DNA of 64,000 bases from Owenia fusiformis. Lineage: Eukaryota. The stretch spans positions 1,922,001-1,986,000 of the forward strand of contig CAIIXF020000001.1 in assembly GCA_903813345.2 (NCBI GenBank), read 5' to 3'. The notes below the pieces were generated by a model, which had not been told where the DNA came from, ran no database searches, and saw nothing but the letters and a program-made list of their open reading frames with translations. Positions 1 to 12,700 of this stretch are shown one piece after another (positions within the stretch are counted from its first letter, which is position 1; the number at the start of each line of letters is the position of its first letter). The position numbers and the translations under genes were made by a program.

Positions 1-98
1 CTAGATGAGAAATTATTGTCCAGAGAACATCGAAAATTGATAAACAATGAGATTTATTTTTGTGATGTTATTTGCATTTCTTGTTATACAGATTGGTA

Positions 99-1414
99 TA
101 TTTCATTATTGTGAATATTGAACATGTAAATAAATATAAATATCTAGGAGTAATTCTTACTGATAATAATAAATTTGATATCAACACAAGTTATCTCAAA
201 GAACAATCACGAAAGGCAATATTCAAAATCAAACAGCAGTATAAGAAATTCAATGACGTGCCACCTGATGTTGCTCTTCACCTTTTTGATTCATTAGTCA
301 GTCCAATACTATGTTATGGGTGTGAGATTTGGTATGACAAGAAGCAGATGAAAGCAATTGAAACAATACATTTGTCCTTTTTAACATCTATTTTAGGTGT
401 CAAAACTCAAACAGCTAATCCCGCAGTGTATGGTGACCTTGGTAAATTTCCTTTATCCATTAAAATTAAATTTTCAATTGTAAAATACTGGTTAAGACTT
501 TTTAAACTACCAAATTCTAATATTTTAAACCAGGCTTACTTATATAGACAAGAAAAACATGCATTAGGGTTTAAATCTTGGTCTGCAAAAGTTTATGATA
601 TACTTCATAAATGTGAACTAACAGAGTATTGGGATGACCAAAGTCAAATTACAGACCACTTAGTAAATTTGGTTGACAAGAAATTAAAGAATATGTTTGT
701 AGAAAATTGGAAAAAGGACATTTTGATATATCCCAAATTAACCCTTTCCCGACGTGAATATAAGAGGAAAAATTTGGCCCTTGTGACAGATAAGTAAGAG
801 CGGTTTTTAGGGGAAAACTGCAAATTACCTACACCCTGGAACCTATACCTTGAATTTTATCACTGAAATACAATTTTCAGTAAGTATTATAACATAAGAA
901 CAACTTGTCAAAATTTGGTGTAAAAATATTGAATAGAACTGGAGATATTGTCATTTCATTGATGTATGTAAATAAATATAATGGTGCCAAAAGGAGCCTA
1001 TCGTCCTGAAAGGTATTACATATTAGGGCTCCATATGGAGCCCATCGTCGTGAAAGGGTTAAGGAAATATAAGCTGTTTAAGAAAGATTTTGCATTAGAA
1101 CTACGTATACAAAGTTAGACAATAAAAAATATAGATTGGCAATAAGTAGATTTACGTTGAGTTCACATCAGTTAAAAATAGAAACAGGAAGACACACGAA
1201 GCCAAAATCCAAACGAAGATGAATTTCACTTTATCATAAATTGTACAAAGCATTCTCAACACAGGCAAATATTTTTCAGCAAAATTTCTGAAACATTATC
1301 AAAATTTGATTTAAATAGTGATAATTTATTTACAAATATAATTTCAAGTGATAATACCATCATACAACGGCATCTTGGTAAATTTATATATCACTCATTT
1401 AACTATTTAGAATA
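99..1414 (+). pseudogene. 3' fragment of a non-LTR (LINE, CR1/L2-like) retrotransposon ORF2, disrupted
   Basis: Translation shows RT C-terminal motifs YKYLGV and LFDSLVSPILCYGCEIW. After the MITE come KLRKYKLFK, AISRFTLSSHQLKIETGRH and EDEFHFIINC, with frameshifts between blocks. Confidence 0.85.
742..1058. mobile_element. piggyBac-type MITE inserted in the LINE
   Basis: TTAA at 738-741 and 1059-1062. Terminal inverted repeats (TIRs) CCCTTTCCCGACG / CGTCGTGAAAGGG match 12/13. Removing the element restores the LINE frame (YPKL|RKYKLFK). Confidence 0.85.
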
Positions 1415-1889
1415 GTCAGCATATTTTGTACATCACACTTAAAAATATTCTGCCTCTCTTGTATGCTTTCAATATGCATATGGAATTTTTGTACATTACT
1501 TTGTAATTGTAGTTTTAGTTAGTCTTAGTGAGTAGTTGTGACTAATGTAATCATGTAATGATACAATATGTCAATAAAAGTTATATATTAAACATCAATT
1601 CAATATTCACAATAATAAAATATACCAATCTGTATAACAAGAAATGCAAATAACATCACAAATATGACGGACTGACAATCATCAGCCATTCTAACAGAGT
1701 AATTAGTAAAGTAATTTGCTAAAGTTATACTAGAAAAACAGCAACTCCACGGAGTAGCAAATCCCACCGAACAAAACATATTATGCTTATTATGCTTATA
1801 TATGTAAATGTTGAAATGTTTGTGCATTTTGTGATAGAAGCATGAAATTTGGCTCAAAGTTAGTTTATACCATTGTGAACTAGGCATCA

Positions 1890-2158
1890 TCATATAAAAT
1901 TTGAACCAAATCCGTTCACTGGTATATGAGTTATCAACAATTACATTTTTTACGAAAAATGGCGGCCATTTTGAATTGAGTGGCCATATTGAAAATTCCT
2001 TCTCGAGCAGAGGTCCTACACTCATAAGGCATAAGCCTATAAAATTTGAACCATCAACCGGTATTGGAGTTACCGCCCGGACACACGGACGGACGAACAG
2101 ACAGACGGACGGCTTCTCTATATTATATCCCCCTCGAACTTTGTTCGGTGGGATAATT
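1890..2158 (-). mobile_element. Helentron-associated (HINE/DINE-like) element fragment
   Basis: Reverse-complement match to the copy at 42086-42490. It starts TTATCCCACC, followed by a (CCGT/CTGT)n microsatellite and AAAATGGCCGCC motifs. Confidence 0.65.
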
Positions 2159-3785
2159 ATGCATATTTTCATAATTTGTTTAATATTTCAAAATTTAAGG
2201 CTAAATAATAAAATAAATAACTATGCACTGTATGGTAGCGTGAATCAGCTCACTGTGGCACATCATTGACAAATATGCAATTTGAGGTAGCTAATAATAA
2301 ACCATTATTACCACTTAATAAAATCGGTGAAAAATGGTCAAAGTTTTTAGAAATAATATACAGAAAAACATTAAGAGCAAATGTATAATGCTAAAGAGCT
2401 GCAAATAATGAGATTTGGGAGAACTGTTATTCTCACTATTTGGATAGGCCTAGTTTAGTTATTATTTGCAATCGTTTATTTTCATAGCTAGAGAGTGTAT
2501 TTATTATGCCTTGCCGACGTGATATTAGACATGTCATTACAGACTCTACAATAGCTTTTAAACTGAATAGCTACTCAATGACTTCTTTGACTGAGCAAAT
2601 AAGAATTTTATGCAAATAAATAAACAAATAAACTGTATTGTGTTTTTTTGATTTGCAATTTAATATTTTTTGGTATCTAGAAGGTCTATAATTTTCAAGT
2701 GGTTCTAATAATAAAATTTCACATATGAACACTGCAGTTTCACTGGGTCACTGAACAATGGGTTTCTAGAACAAAAAGAGAAACCTTGACATGCTTATGG
2801 GTCCACATGTTATGAACAAAACTACATCAATATAAGGAGAGAACTTAGATAGACAAGTCATGTAACACATTTCCTACCAAATAATCACAACATCAGAAAC
2901 ATCACTTTTGAGAGACATCATTAATTGAGCTCTCCTTTATAAGTTGCTTTTTTCTGCTTTCGTTGATCTTCATAGTTACACAACACAATTTTCTATTTTT
3001 TCAATAAAAGAGCAATTAAGAATTGTATTTTTGAACAAAATAAATGAATATTGAAGAAATTCAATACATAAAACAAACGTGGGTTTGTGAATGTTCCCTG
3101 GATGGTTAAGGCAAGGACGTGTATCTCAGACGTCCTTGGTTAAGCTTATATTGTATTGAACCTTGTTTGTTCTGTTTTCGAATTTTATATTTATTCTTTG
3201 TGATTTCATTTTTTTTCAAATGAATAAAAGACAACCATGATTCAATGTATTCAATACCATTGTTGACAATCGCTGACATTCGTAATCTAAATATACATAA
3301 ATATTTGTCAAGCCCCTGTATATTTAGTTTAAGGGGGTTTTTCTTGAAAGGTAACCATGGGCATTGTGAGGTAATTATTCAGATTCTGTGTTCATCAACA
3401 TAGATATGAAAAACCCAAACTGGTGACCAAGTACAATGTACAGGGAAGACCAAATAAAAAAATACCTCTATCAGTTGAACACAAGTGGAAAAATTTTCAT
3501 TGAATAAGTGTTAATGAAACCTTTATAAGTGGAACATCTTCTTGGTAGAATCAATGGTATTACACTTATTCACGTTCTACTATAATCTAAGTATAAACAG
3601 AGGTACTTAAATAAAATAAAATGAATACCATTAGAAAGGGAATTCAATACATGAACATGATATAATTTTCAAATAAATCAAAATGGGCCAATTTTATTGA
3701 CTCACCATGTATTATTGTAAAAAAGCAATATATATTTTTTGTGTCCAAACAATGTTCCATTTCTGCTTGCAACAGTTGTACAAGA

Positions 3786-6700
3786 ATGAGGGTTTTAATT
3801 TTGCTCTCAGGTAAGATAAGATTATCAATATTTTTTATGAAATAACAAAACTGTTAAAATCTTTAATTAATTATACAAAGATCATATGTGTATATGAGTA
3901 TACTATGAAAATAATTATTGCCTTTTATCTAAAAGACAACTTCAACTGGTGTTATTATAAAAGCCAAAATTCCAAATAAATACATGAAATTATAATAGAA
4001 GTAAATATGGTACATGGCATGTAAGAAAGTACCTTTCTTCTTTTAATTATTAAAAATATGTACATATCATCAGTAAACAAAATAAATTCAAAAAAAATTC
4101 TTGAAGTATACATATCATTCACTTATTTCTGCAATGTGCCACCTCATTTGATTTCATATAAGTGCAGTTACAATAGTATCAAAAATATTTCATTTTCAAT
4201 CATTTGATTTCCTAAAAGATTGTACACCTAATCAGTGAATTCTCAGAAATTTCATCTCACACACATAAATATGATGTTGGAAATTTTGATAATTTTTACA
4301 TAACCTTTGATTTAATTCTAAATTAGCCAAACCCTGGGCTTTGAAGAGAACAGAATAAAGTTGAATTTATAACTAAGAAAAATGCAAAATACCATACCAC
4401 TTACTATTTTTTGTGTTTAATTAAGGGACATGGGAAAACCATTAAAAAGAATGAGATAAAGCAAAAATACTTAAGTGATAGGAATTCAAAAACAATCAAT
4501 TGAATACTCTGTATTCACACATACTGAAATTAGCCTTGTTATGTAGTTTGTCCACATATTTTTGTTGTGTTTGTTTAACTAGTGATACTGGGCACCCAGG
4601 CTCAATTCTTTGGCCCAGGAATCGACCCAAATTCCAATGCCTTCCCAGGAAATGGTACTGATGATGAAAAGTGTGTGCAGTATGGTGCCTTGAGTTTTGC
4701 TGATTACTGGTGCAAGGATAGTTTGAATCGATGGAATAGTGCTATAATGAGCAACTCACTACAGGAGCAGACCCAGACTGATTATTCCAGTATAGTGACA
4801 GATTCTATGAGCGAATCAGAAGCTAAAGAAGCTCTAATTGAGGCAGTAGTTGATTATCTTGATACAATGATTTGTGGGTAGGTGTTATACATACAAGAAA
4901 ACCTTACTCTACTTGTTGAACCATTTAGCATATTATGAGCACTCCCAAAGATAATATCAATATGTGTTTATTTCTCATTAAGTTTTTCTTATCTTAGGTT
5001 CTATACCAAGACGAGAATAAGTTTATTGACAGTTCCTAAACTGAAATAAGTTAATATATGTCTTACTTCTAGAATCAAAACACTTGTTCGAGTCATTTTA
5101 TTTTCTTTGTGACACCTTTTGTTATAGCCTTGCCCAAGTCGGTATTTTTTACTTATCTGATCTTGAATTATTACCACCTTGTACAATCCAATACATCTCC
5201 GCTGTTATTATGCTGAAATATTCAACGGTTTCGAGATTTCCATTATACCTACGCTATCAGGGGTATCGCGAAACCTTATTGATTGACAGATAACGCGTGG
5301 ACACGACGTGTGACTTCAGGCTGAATGACCAATCAAAACGTTATTAGGTTGAGCTGCATAAACAAAACAAACTTCTCATCTACGACTTGAAATTCAATGA
5401 TCTGATCGAGTGTTTCTTTAGAGTTACAATATATTATGGAATTAAATGTACACTGGAAGGTAAGAGTCATTAATATAAATTAAATCATGCGATTCAATGT
5501 TGATTTAAAACTGATATCGCGATGAAAATGCAATGTAGCGGGTCATGTTGTCGATCGATCGGTGATTGAATCTCTACATGTTCAGCGATCGTTTCAACGT
5601 TTATTGTTGAAATCTTCTCACCTTTGGTTATCCGATCGATGTCCCGGCATCCACTAAACTCTCATTGATATTTATCTGATAAAATATTTGTATTTTCATG
5701 ATGAATTCGTGATCAGATTCGTGCAAGATTTGTTCGTGAAAAGTCCCGGTGAAAAGTGCACTTGTTTTTGACCTTGCATAATAATGAGCTAACGCTACAG
5801 GGCCGTTGTTGATTGGTCAAATTTTACCGACATCAACAAACTGTCGGTAAAGCACGTGGCTTTCTCTTTGGTACAAGGCGGTCATAATAGAAATCAAGAT
5901 AAGTAAAAGAGACCGACTTGGGCAAGGCTACTTTTGTTATTCAATTTAATATCATCACTAAAAAGGGATTTCACAATTTCATACACCTATATTTATAGAA
6001 GAATGGGATACTTGGATTCCACAGATGGGTCTGTGGCTCCATATGCCTCATATGCGGCATGTGTAACTGATGTAATGACCGAAGCAAATAACTGTGATGA
6101 AGAGAATGCATCCACTAAATTAATGTTGGCCAACTTAATTGGAAAAGCGGAATTTGCATGTAACAGTGATGGTAGCACAAAAACAGATGTTATACGCGAT
6201 GGTAATACCAGACAAGCTGTTCTAACTTTATTTCTGAATGATTCTTCCATCTTAACGTTATTTAGAAATAGTTTTGTAAAAGACAATATCTCTTTTCATA
6301 ATTCCAATGAATTTTGACACTTTCTTACTAACTCTCCAATGCTTTTTATCAGATATGTCTCAATTATTTTTGGCATGCTTTTTGAAAAAAAATACATTCT
6401 CTATCCCCTAAGATTCCTTCAATTAAGGAATAAAGACAGAGATCTTATGATTTATTGCGCAAAAATGATATATGACCAAACATTTAATCCTGTTCATTGT
6501 TATAAGACTGAAATCATGTAGCAATTACCTGTGACGTAACATATTGTAGCGGGAGCGCATTTTTCTTATTTATTTTCAAGTTTTATTTTCATGCTTTTCT
6601 GATCAAGATCAAATTATGTTTTATATATGGTTAAAAAGAACATTTTTTTAACAATTTATTCATTTTTATTTCATGCAAAAAGGAATAATAGTTTTTGAGT

Positions 6701-9700
6701 AAGACATGTTTAAATAACTAGTGTAAACGTGTGATTTTATTTAATTCATGGCCGCTTGGCACACATGATTTCAGTTCTTATTTACTCATGTTCTTTCTCA
6801 TTAAATATAGAGAAGAGTATTTGTCTGTAAATTATAATAATTATTTCTTAAATTAAGGGTGAATTGAGCTTTTAAACGGTGTATTAAACTTTGAATTTGA
6901 TCTCATACTTTAGGAGATATTGTAATTTAAAAAGAGTGATTTTCAGTCAAGTTTTATATTTCTGACGGCATTTTGCCGATACTTTTACAAACTTTCCCAC
7001 ATAGTAAATTGATTGACAGGCTAGCGCTAGGTTTATTAGTCTTTGATGTGACAGCTATTTTGACATTGTAGCAAGCTAACAGACCTGTTGTCATAGTTGC
7101 ACTTCCTTATATGGAAATAGATTGTCAAAAATATAAACTTTCTCATGATCGTTCGGGAGAACGATCAGTCTAGTTTTGAATGCTGAAGAGTAAGAACCTG
7201 CGATTACATTTTGGATTTATAACAGAATTGTATCATTGGATTTATAACAGATTTTGGATTTATATTGCTGTATTAAGTTACGCTGGATATTTGTGCCACT
7301 GGTGATCGTATTATTGTGGATTTATATTGAACATAACTGGATATATCTTGCGTTTACACGGAGATACGTTGTTAGCCTGAAAGTCGTTCAGCGCTGCTTG
7401 TGACTATGTATTCTGATATAAGGTAATTATTACAATAAAGTCTTGTTATTTGTTCATTTAAATTCACTGTGTCTGTTTTGATATAAACAAGTGAAGCTAA
7501 AGTGAGTCAATCTAGTCCACATTTACTGCTTAATTTCCATTGCAATTCAAGAGTGATAAGGGAAATAAATTCAATTTTACATCCTTCATTCAATCAATTC
7601 ACAGTCCATTGTTTCAAATATTCCATTTATTAGCATTCGCTATCACCAATTCTTTATCCCCAGTATTTCTATCAATCTAAACGTTTCGCATATTCATTAT
7701 TTTTATCCTTAATTCCCAGTGCTACTGTCAATTATTCCAATCTCATTACATTCATTTTTGCTACAATTTACAACATTCATATTTCTTTGTCTAAAGATTG
7801 GCCATATCTGTAACAAATTGCTCCTACCAAAACTGCTCCTTACGTTTTGCTCCGGAGCCAATTTCTCTTGTGTGGAGTAAAGAATTTATTTCAAAGAGGC
7901 AAGGTAGTGTAAGACTATTGCTATGTGACTTAATTGGTATAACCAAGGTAGTAGTAATTCATATGCAATAGGTACTTAATTGCTCTTAATTGCTCTCAAA
8001 GCTCCTGTTTTGCTGTTAAACTATTGATTTGGAGCATTGTGCTTTGCTCCGGAGCCCATTGAGAGCTCCTGCTTGATTGACTATTAATTTGGAGCCTTGC
8101 ATTTTGATCTGGAGCCTGCTTTGCTTTAAGGCTCATTGATTTATTGACTCATTGAGAGCATTACATTTTGCTCCGGAGCTTGTTATTGACTCTAATTGTA
8201 TTTGGAGCCTGACGGAGGCATTTATTTGAGCACTACATTTTGCTCCGGAGCCTTGCCAAGCCATTTGTTTTAATATTGCACTTTGCTCCAGAGCCTGTTT
8301 CTGGCTCCTTAAATAAAGAGCACTGCATTTTGCTCCGGAGCCTGCTGCTTGCTCATTTTGTGCATTGAGCTTTGTGGAGCCATTATTCTGAATATAGTAT
8401 TTTGCTCTGGAGCCCAAGTCGCTAGGAGCCTACCATACTCAGTGTTTATTACATTTTGCTCTTTTAGCCATCAAAGTGTGCTCTAATTGTTTCAGGGAGC
8501 TATGTTGTAGAATTTAAATATTGGCCAAACCTTTCATTATCATCATTCCTCATTCACATATTCCTCCAATTGAACTTGTTAATTTTACAAATAATCAAAG
8601 TTATTATATTTCCCTTGTCATTCTTTGTTATTCTACTTGTATAATATCAGTGGCAGAACGATAATTAAAATCAACACAACAAAATCCTTTCACCAACAGA
8701 CGTTCCCCGCCGGCTCTCATACCACGTGAGAGTTTTAAAGTGACACACGGGTTTCCGCTCGGCCCAGACGCCACGTTCCGTCACAATATCATATCAGATA
8801 TTGTCATTCCAGAAAAATACACAGATAGGTTGTGGAAAAATCAAAGTTTTTGTTAAAAACAGACATATGCTTATTGTATAGGGTCAAGATTGCAGTTAAA
8901 AATCCCACTGAGGACCATTATAACGTTTAATTTCATAATATATTCATGGGCACAAATCTAGCTCAGCGAAACAGTGCCCAGTGTTCATTGGAGTCTTGTC
9001 TAGCTTGCCGTTACAAAATAATGATACGGTGACCACACCGTTTTTGAGATTCAATCAAGAACTCAATCTGGAGAGAGCTACCACTGTAAAGCTACCTGTT
9101 TCAGAAAATTATTCTGCTCTACATAGTCTCCAAAATCACTCCGCCATCTCAAAAAATTCTGTTTCTAACAAAACTTGTAAATCTTTCCTGATATTTACCC
9201 TATCGAGAATAAACATTGATTCATTTATCAAACACTAGATAGCGCTGCGACGGGCCAGAAAAGGAGAAAAAGCTTTTTTATACAGGAAACCAAATAACCA
9301 ACAGTAACCGCTAGTATTCCTACTCCGAACTATATTCATATGGTTATGTATTTCCAGTCATGGCTCAAATGTACCCATTTTTCTACCAAAGTAATACATA
9401 TAACCTGACTACACTTGTTGAGCAAAAAGGGGTTGAAATGCCAGCATGTTTCGAAGATATGGACACTCTGATGAATCAGTTTATGGATTGTTATCCTGAC
9501 ATTTTCCTATTTGGTGGGGCAGATTTCTGGAATGATGCTCCTTCAGAAACTGCTAGTGAAATTATTCCAAAGATCAATAGGTATGCGTAACTTTATTTTT
9601 TGCATGGTTTTGTATGACAACTACTTTTAGTTTAGAACTCTTGCTTCCATTTGATTCAGCATTTAAGATTTGGGTTACATGGCCCAAGTCCTATTATAAG

Positions 9701-12700
9701 AGTTCACTAGTTATTACAAGTACTCAGAACAGGGACAGACCTGAAAATCAAATGGAGGGGGGCAAAAATCTTCATAAATGCAGTATTTTTTTGTCCTAAA
9801 TCTGAGATTTTGGGCCCAGTTTCCTAAAAATAGGCCAAAAATTTACAAATGCCCATTATGGCCAGTCTGTTACCAAAATTGGGAAAAGCAGATATTAGGC
9901 CCTAAAATTGTTTAACCCCCCCCCCCCCCCACTGCAAAAGAGTAATAGGCTAATCAATTTATTTCAGGGAAGTCAAGAACATGGCTTTATGTATGGGAAA
10001 CATAGTCTTACCAGACTCTGAAAGTGGTACGACACTCACAACTGAAGAACTTACTGAATGCAAAAGCTTTGGAGTGAGCTTGAAGAAATATGTAGCATTG
10101 ACTTTTCCTGTACAATATGGATTTGTATCGTTAGACGACTTGGAAAATACAGCATATGTAAGTATTCTCTGAAAAGTATATAAAACAAACCTTATTCAAA
10201 ATATAATCCATGTTACTTTATTTCTACCACAAATCATGCATTAATATATTTCATTAATAAATGAATAATATTATGCATGTATATGTAAATTCAAATGAGA
10301 AGAATCTAGATCATCTCAATGGAGTAAATGATAAGTGTTCATAACCTTCACAATCATAAATGGCCCTTGGAAAATGATATCAGTCAGTTCCAATCGTGAG
10401 GTAGCAAATTCAATAAAGCTATTGAAAACAATAACAACCTCAACAAAAATTAGAATCTAGTTTGTCTTTGCTTTCAGACACCACGTTCGGTTGAACGAAG
10501 AACTCTGATGTGTTTCGGTGACCCGCATTGCAAGTTCTATGATTCTGATGGAAGCCAAGGCTCTGATTGGGTAACATGTTCTGCACCAGGAAACAATGTC
10601 TGGTTGAAGAATGCACTGTTCACACTAAACATGACAACTACTGAAGTTTCTGGCAGCACTGGGAATCCAAGGCCTACCATTATAACTGCGGTGAGTATTC
10701 AGTGCATAAAATCCTAATTCAGTACTTAATTCATTTTCACTGAATTAATTTGCTTTAGCAATCACTATTCTATGAAACTGATGGAAAATTGGAGATAACT
10801 TAGCTTGGCTGAATATTGTAGCATAATGGAAGCACAAGAGGGTCCAGCGCTAGTTATCTTGAACCTGGGCAACCATTTATTGGAAAAAAAACATAGCAAG
10901 TGCCAACTTGTCTGAATTCATAATCTTTATGTCAGAATATGACTGACTTAAAAATGACAAGCAATTAATACAGAATTTTCTTCTTTCATGAATTGCAAAG
11001 GATAGGTATCGATATAGTGAACTGAATTCAACATTGTTTTTCTCTTAAACTAATTATTGAAAACATTCTGTAGAAAAACACCTCAGACCTCTCAATATTA
11101 TAGTTATACAAAGGAAATTTTGGTTGATTTAATAAAAAGCATGCAAAAACTTGAAACAACCCCCCCCCCCAAATAGATAAAATTAAGATAAACTTTTATT
11201 TCATTAACAAGATACCTTTTTAAAATCAACCAAACTTTCCTTTGTACAATTACAATATTGAGAGACCTAAACACGTTGTGTTTATGTCGTTTTGTTCCGA
11301 TGAGGTTCGGAAAGACGTTTCATTTCATTCGGAACATATGATACCAAGAACGAAAGAAGTGTCTGATGTGTTTTCTCAAACAATATAGAGAAACGTATAT
11401 ATATATATATTTCAAATTATAATGTTATTATCCAAAAGATGACCATTAAATTGACGATGTGTAAAATTTTCAGAATGTTTTGATGACTGGTTTAAGAGAA
11501 ACGCGTGTTCAAAAAGTTCACCATATCGATACCACTCCTTTGTCTGGGATCCAAGAATATTCAAAGTTCCCATACTGAATCATGGAAATAATGTGTTATA
11601 ATGTGTTACATTAACAACTTTAAAATTTATTCTTGTCATTTTAGTTCCACATTTCATTCAGATCATCACTGGGTGCCTATATGGGTTCATATAGTGCCAG
11701 TGCTGGAACCTTACCAACAGCATTTGATGGATCAGGATCAGATTTGCTAACAGCACAAGGTATGTAACCTAAATATTGCCAGGTTCCAGTAGCACTACCC
11801 TTTATTTACAGATTACTTAACAGTTTCTATGGTGGCATGAGATATTAACTATCTAAAATATAGCTTTCATGTCCTTTAATGTGAGTTTCAAGGTACATTA
11901 CATGATCAGAATGAACAGAAGTTACAATCTAGATTCAATATATCTCAATGATTTTAGAAGGGTCCAAGATGTACATCCAAAGATCTTAAGCCCAAATAAA
12001 TTATATGTATTCATAACTTCTATTTAGATCCGATATATCTAATTTAACCTCTATCACACATTTTTGCAGTCAACAAAAGAAATACATTTCAAAAGGATAA
12101 CAATAGATACTGATACAATGGAGTAAAAGTGTATATTTCATGTAACAAAAACTGTATATTTATTATTTATTATGATTATAGGCGAGGATGGGACAGATGA
12201 GGTAATAAATGTTGTGGACTCACAATCCAAAAGAGATCCCAGTGTCAACTATGTAAAGGTTAAGGGTGTAAAGCATGGTTTCCTTGCAACATTTATCAAA
12301 CGAAGGTTTGTAGCATTATTACTCCAAAAGTAACCTTGTGCTTAACCACACTTAGCACTGTATGTACAGTGATCGCCTACTATTAAAAGTGGGTGATCAA
12401 AGACTCGACAAGATGCGCAAAATTCGAAATGTCGGAGGAAAGGTATGTTTGTTTCTCTTCTCCACCTTAATGTCATTTTACCTACAGATGGTATTCCATA
12501 TGCTGTATAAGAGACTCAAGATTCATTTGGCAACAGAATTCAGTGATTGGCTCAACCGAATTACCTGAACTGAGTTGATAAATGAAGCAAAATCAAAAAC
12601 CCGCCGACTGAAAATGTATATTTCACCAAATTTTCTGTTTTTAGATTACCAAAACCACAAAACTGACATGCCTATGATTAATGTACATAATACTTAACAT

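Noticed and set aside
1600-2269. 190-aa and 122-aa overlapping ORFs
   Set aside because: They run through a HINE-like repeat also present at 19950 and 42086, and show no protein motif.
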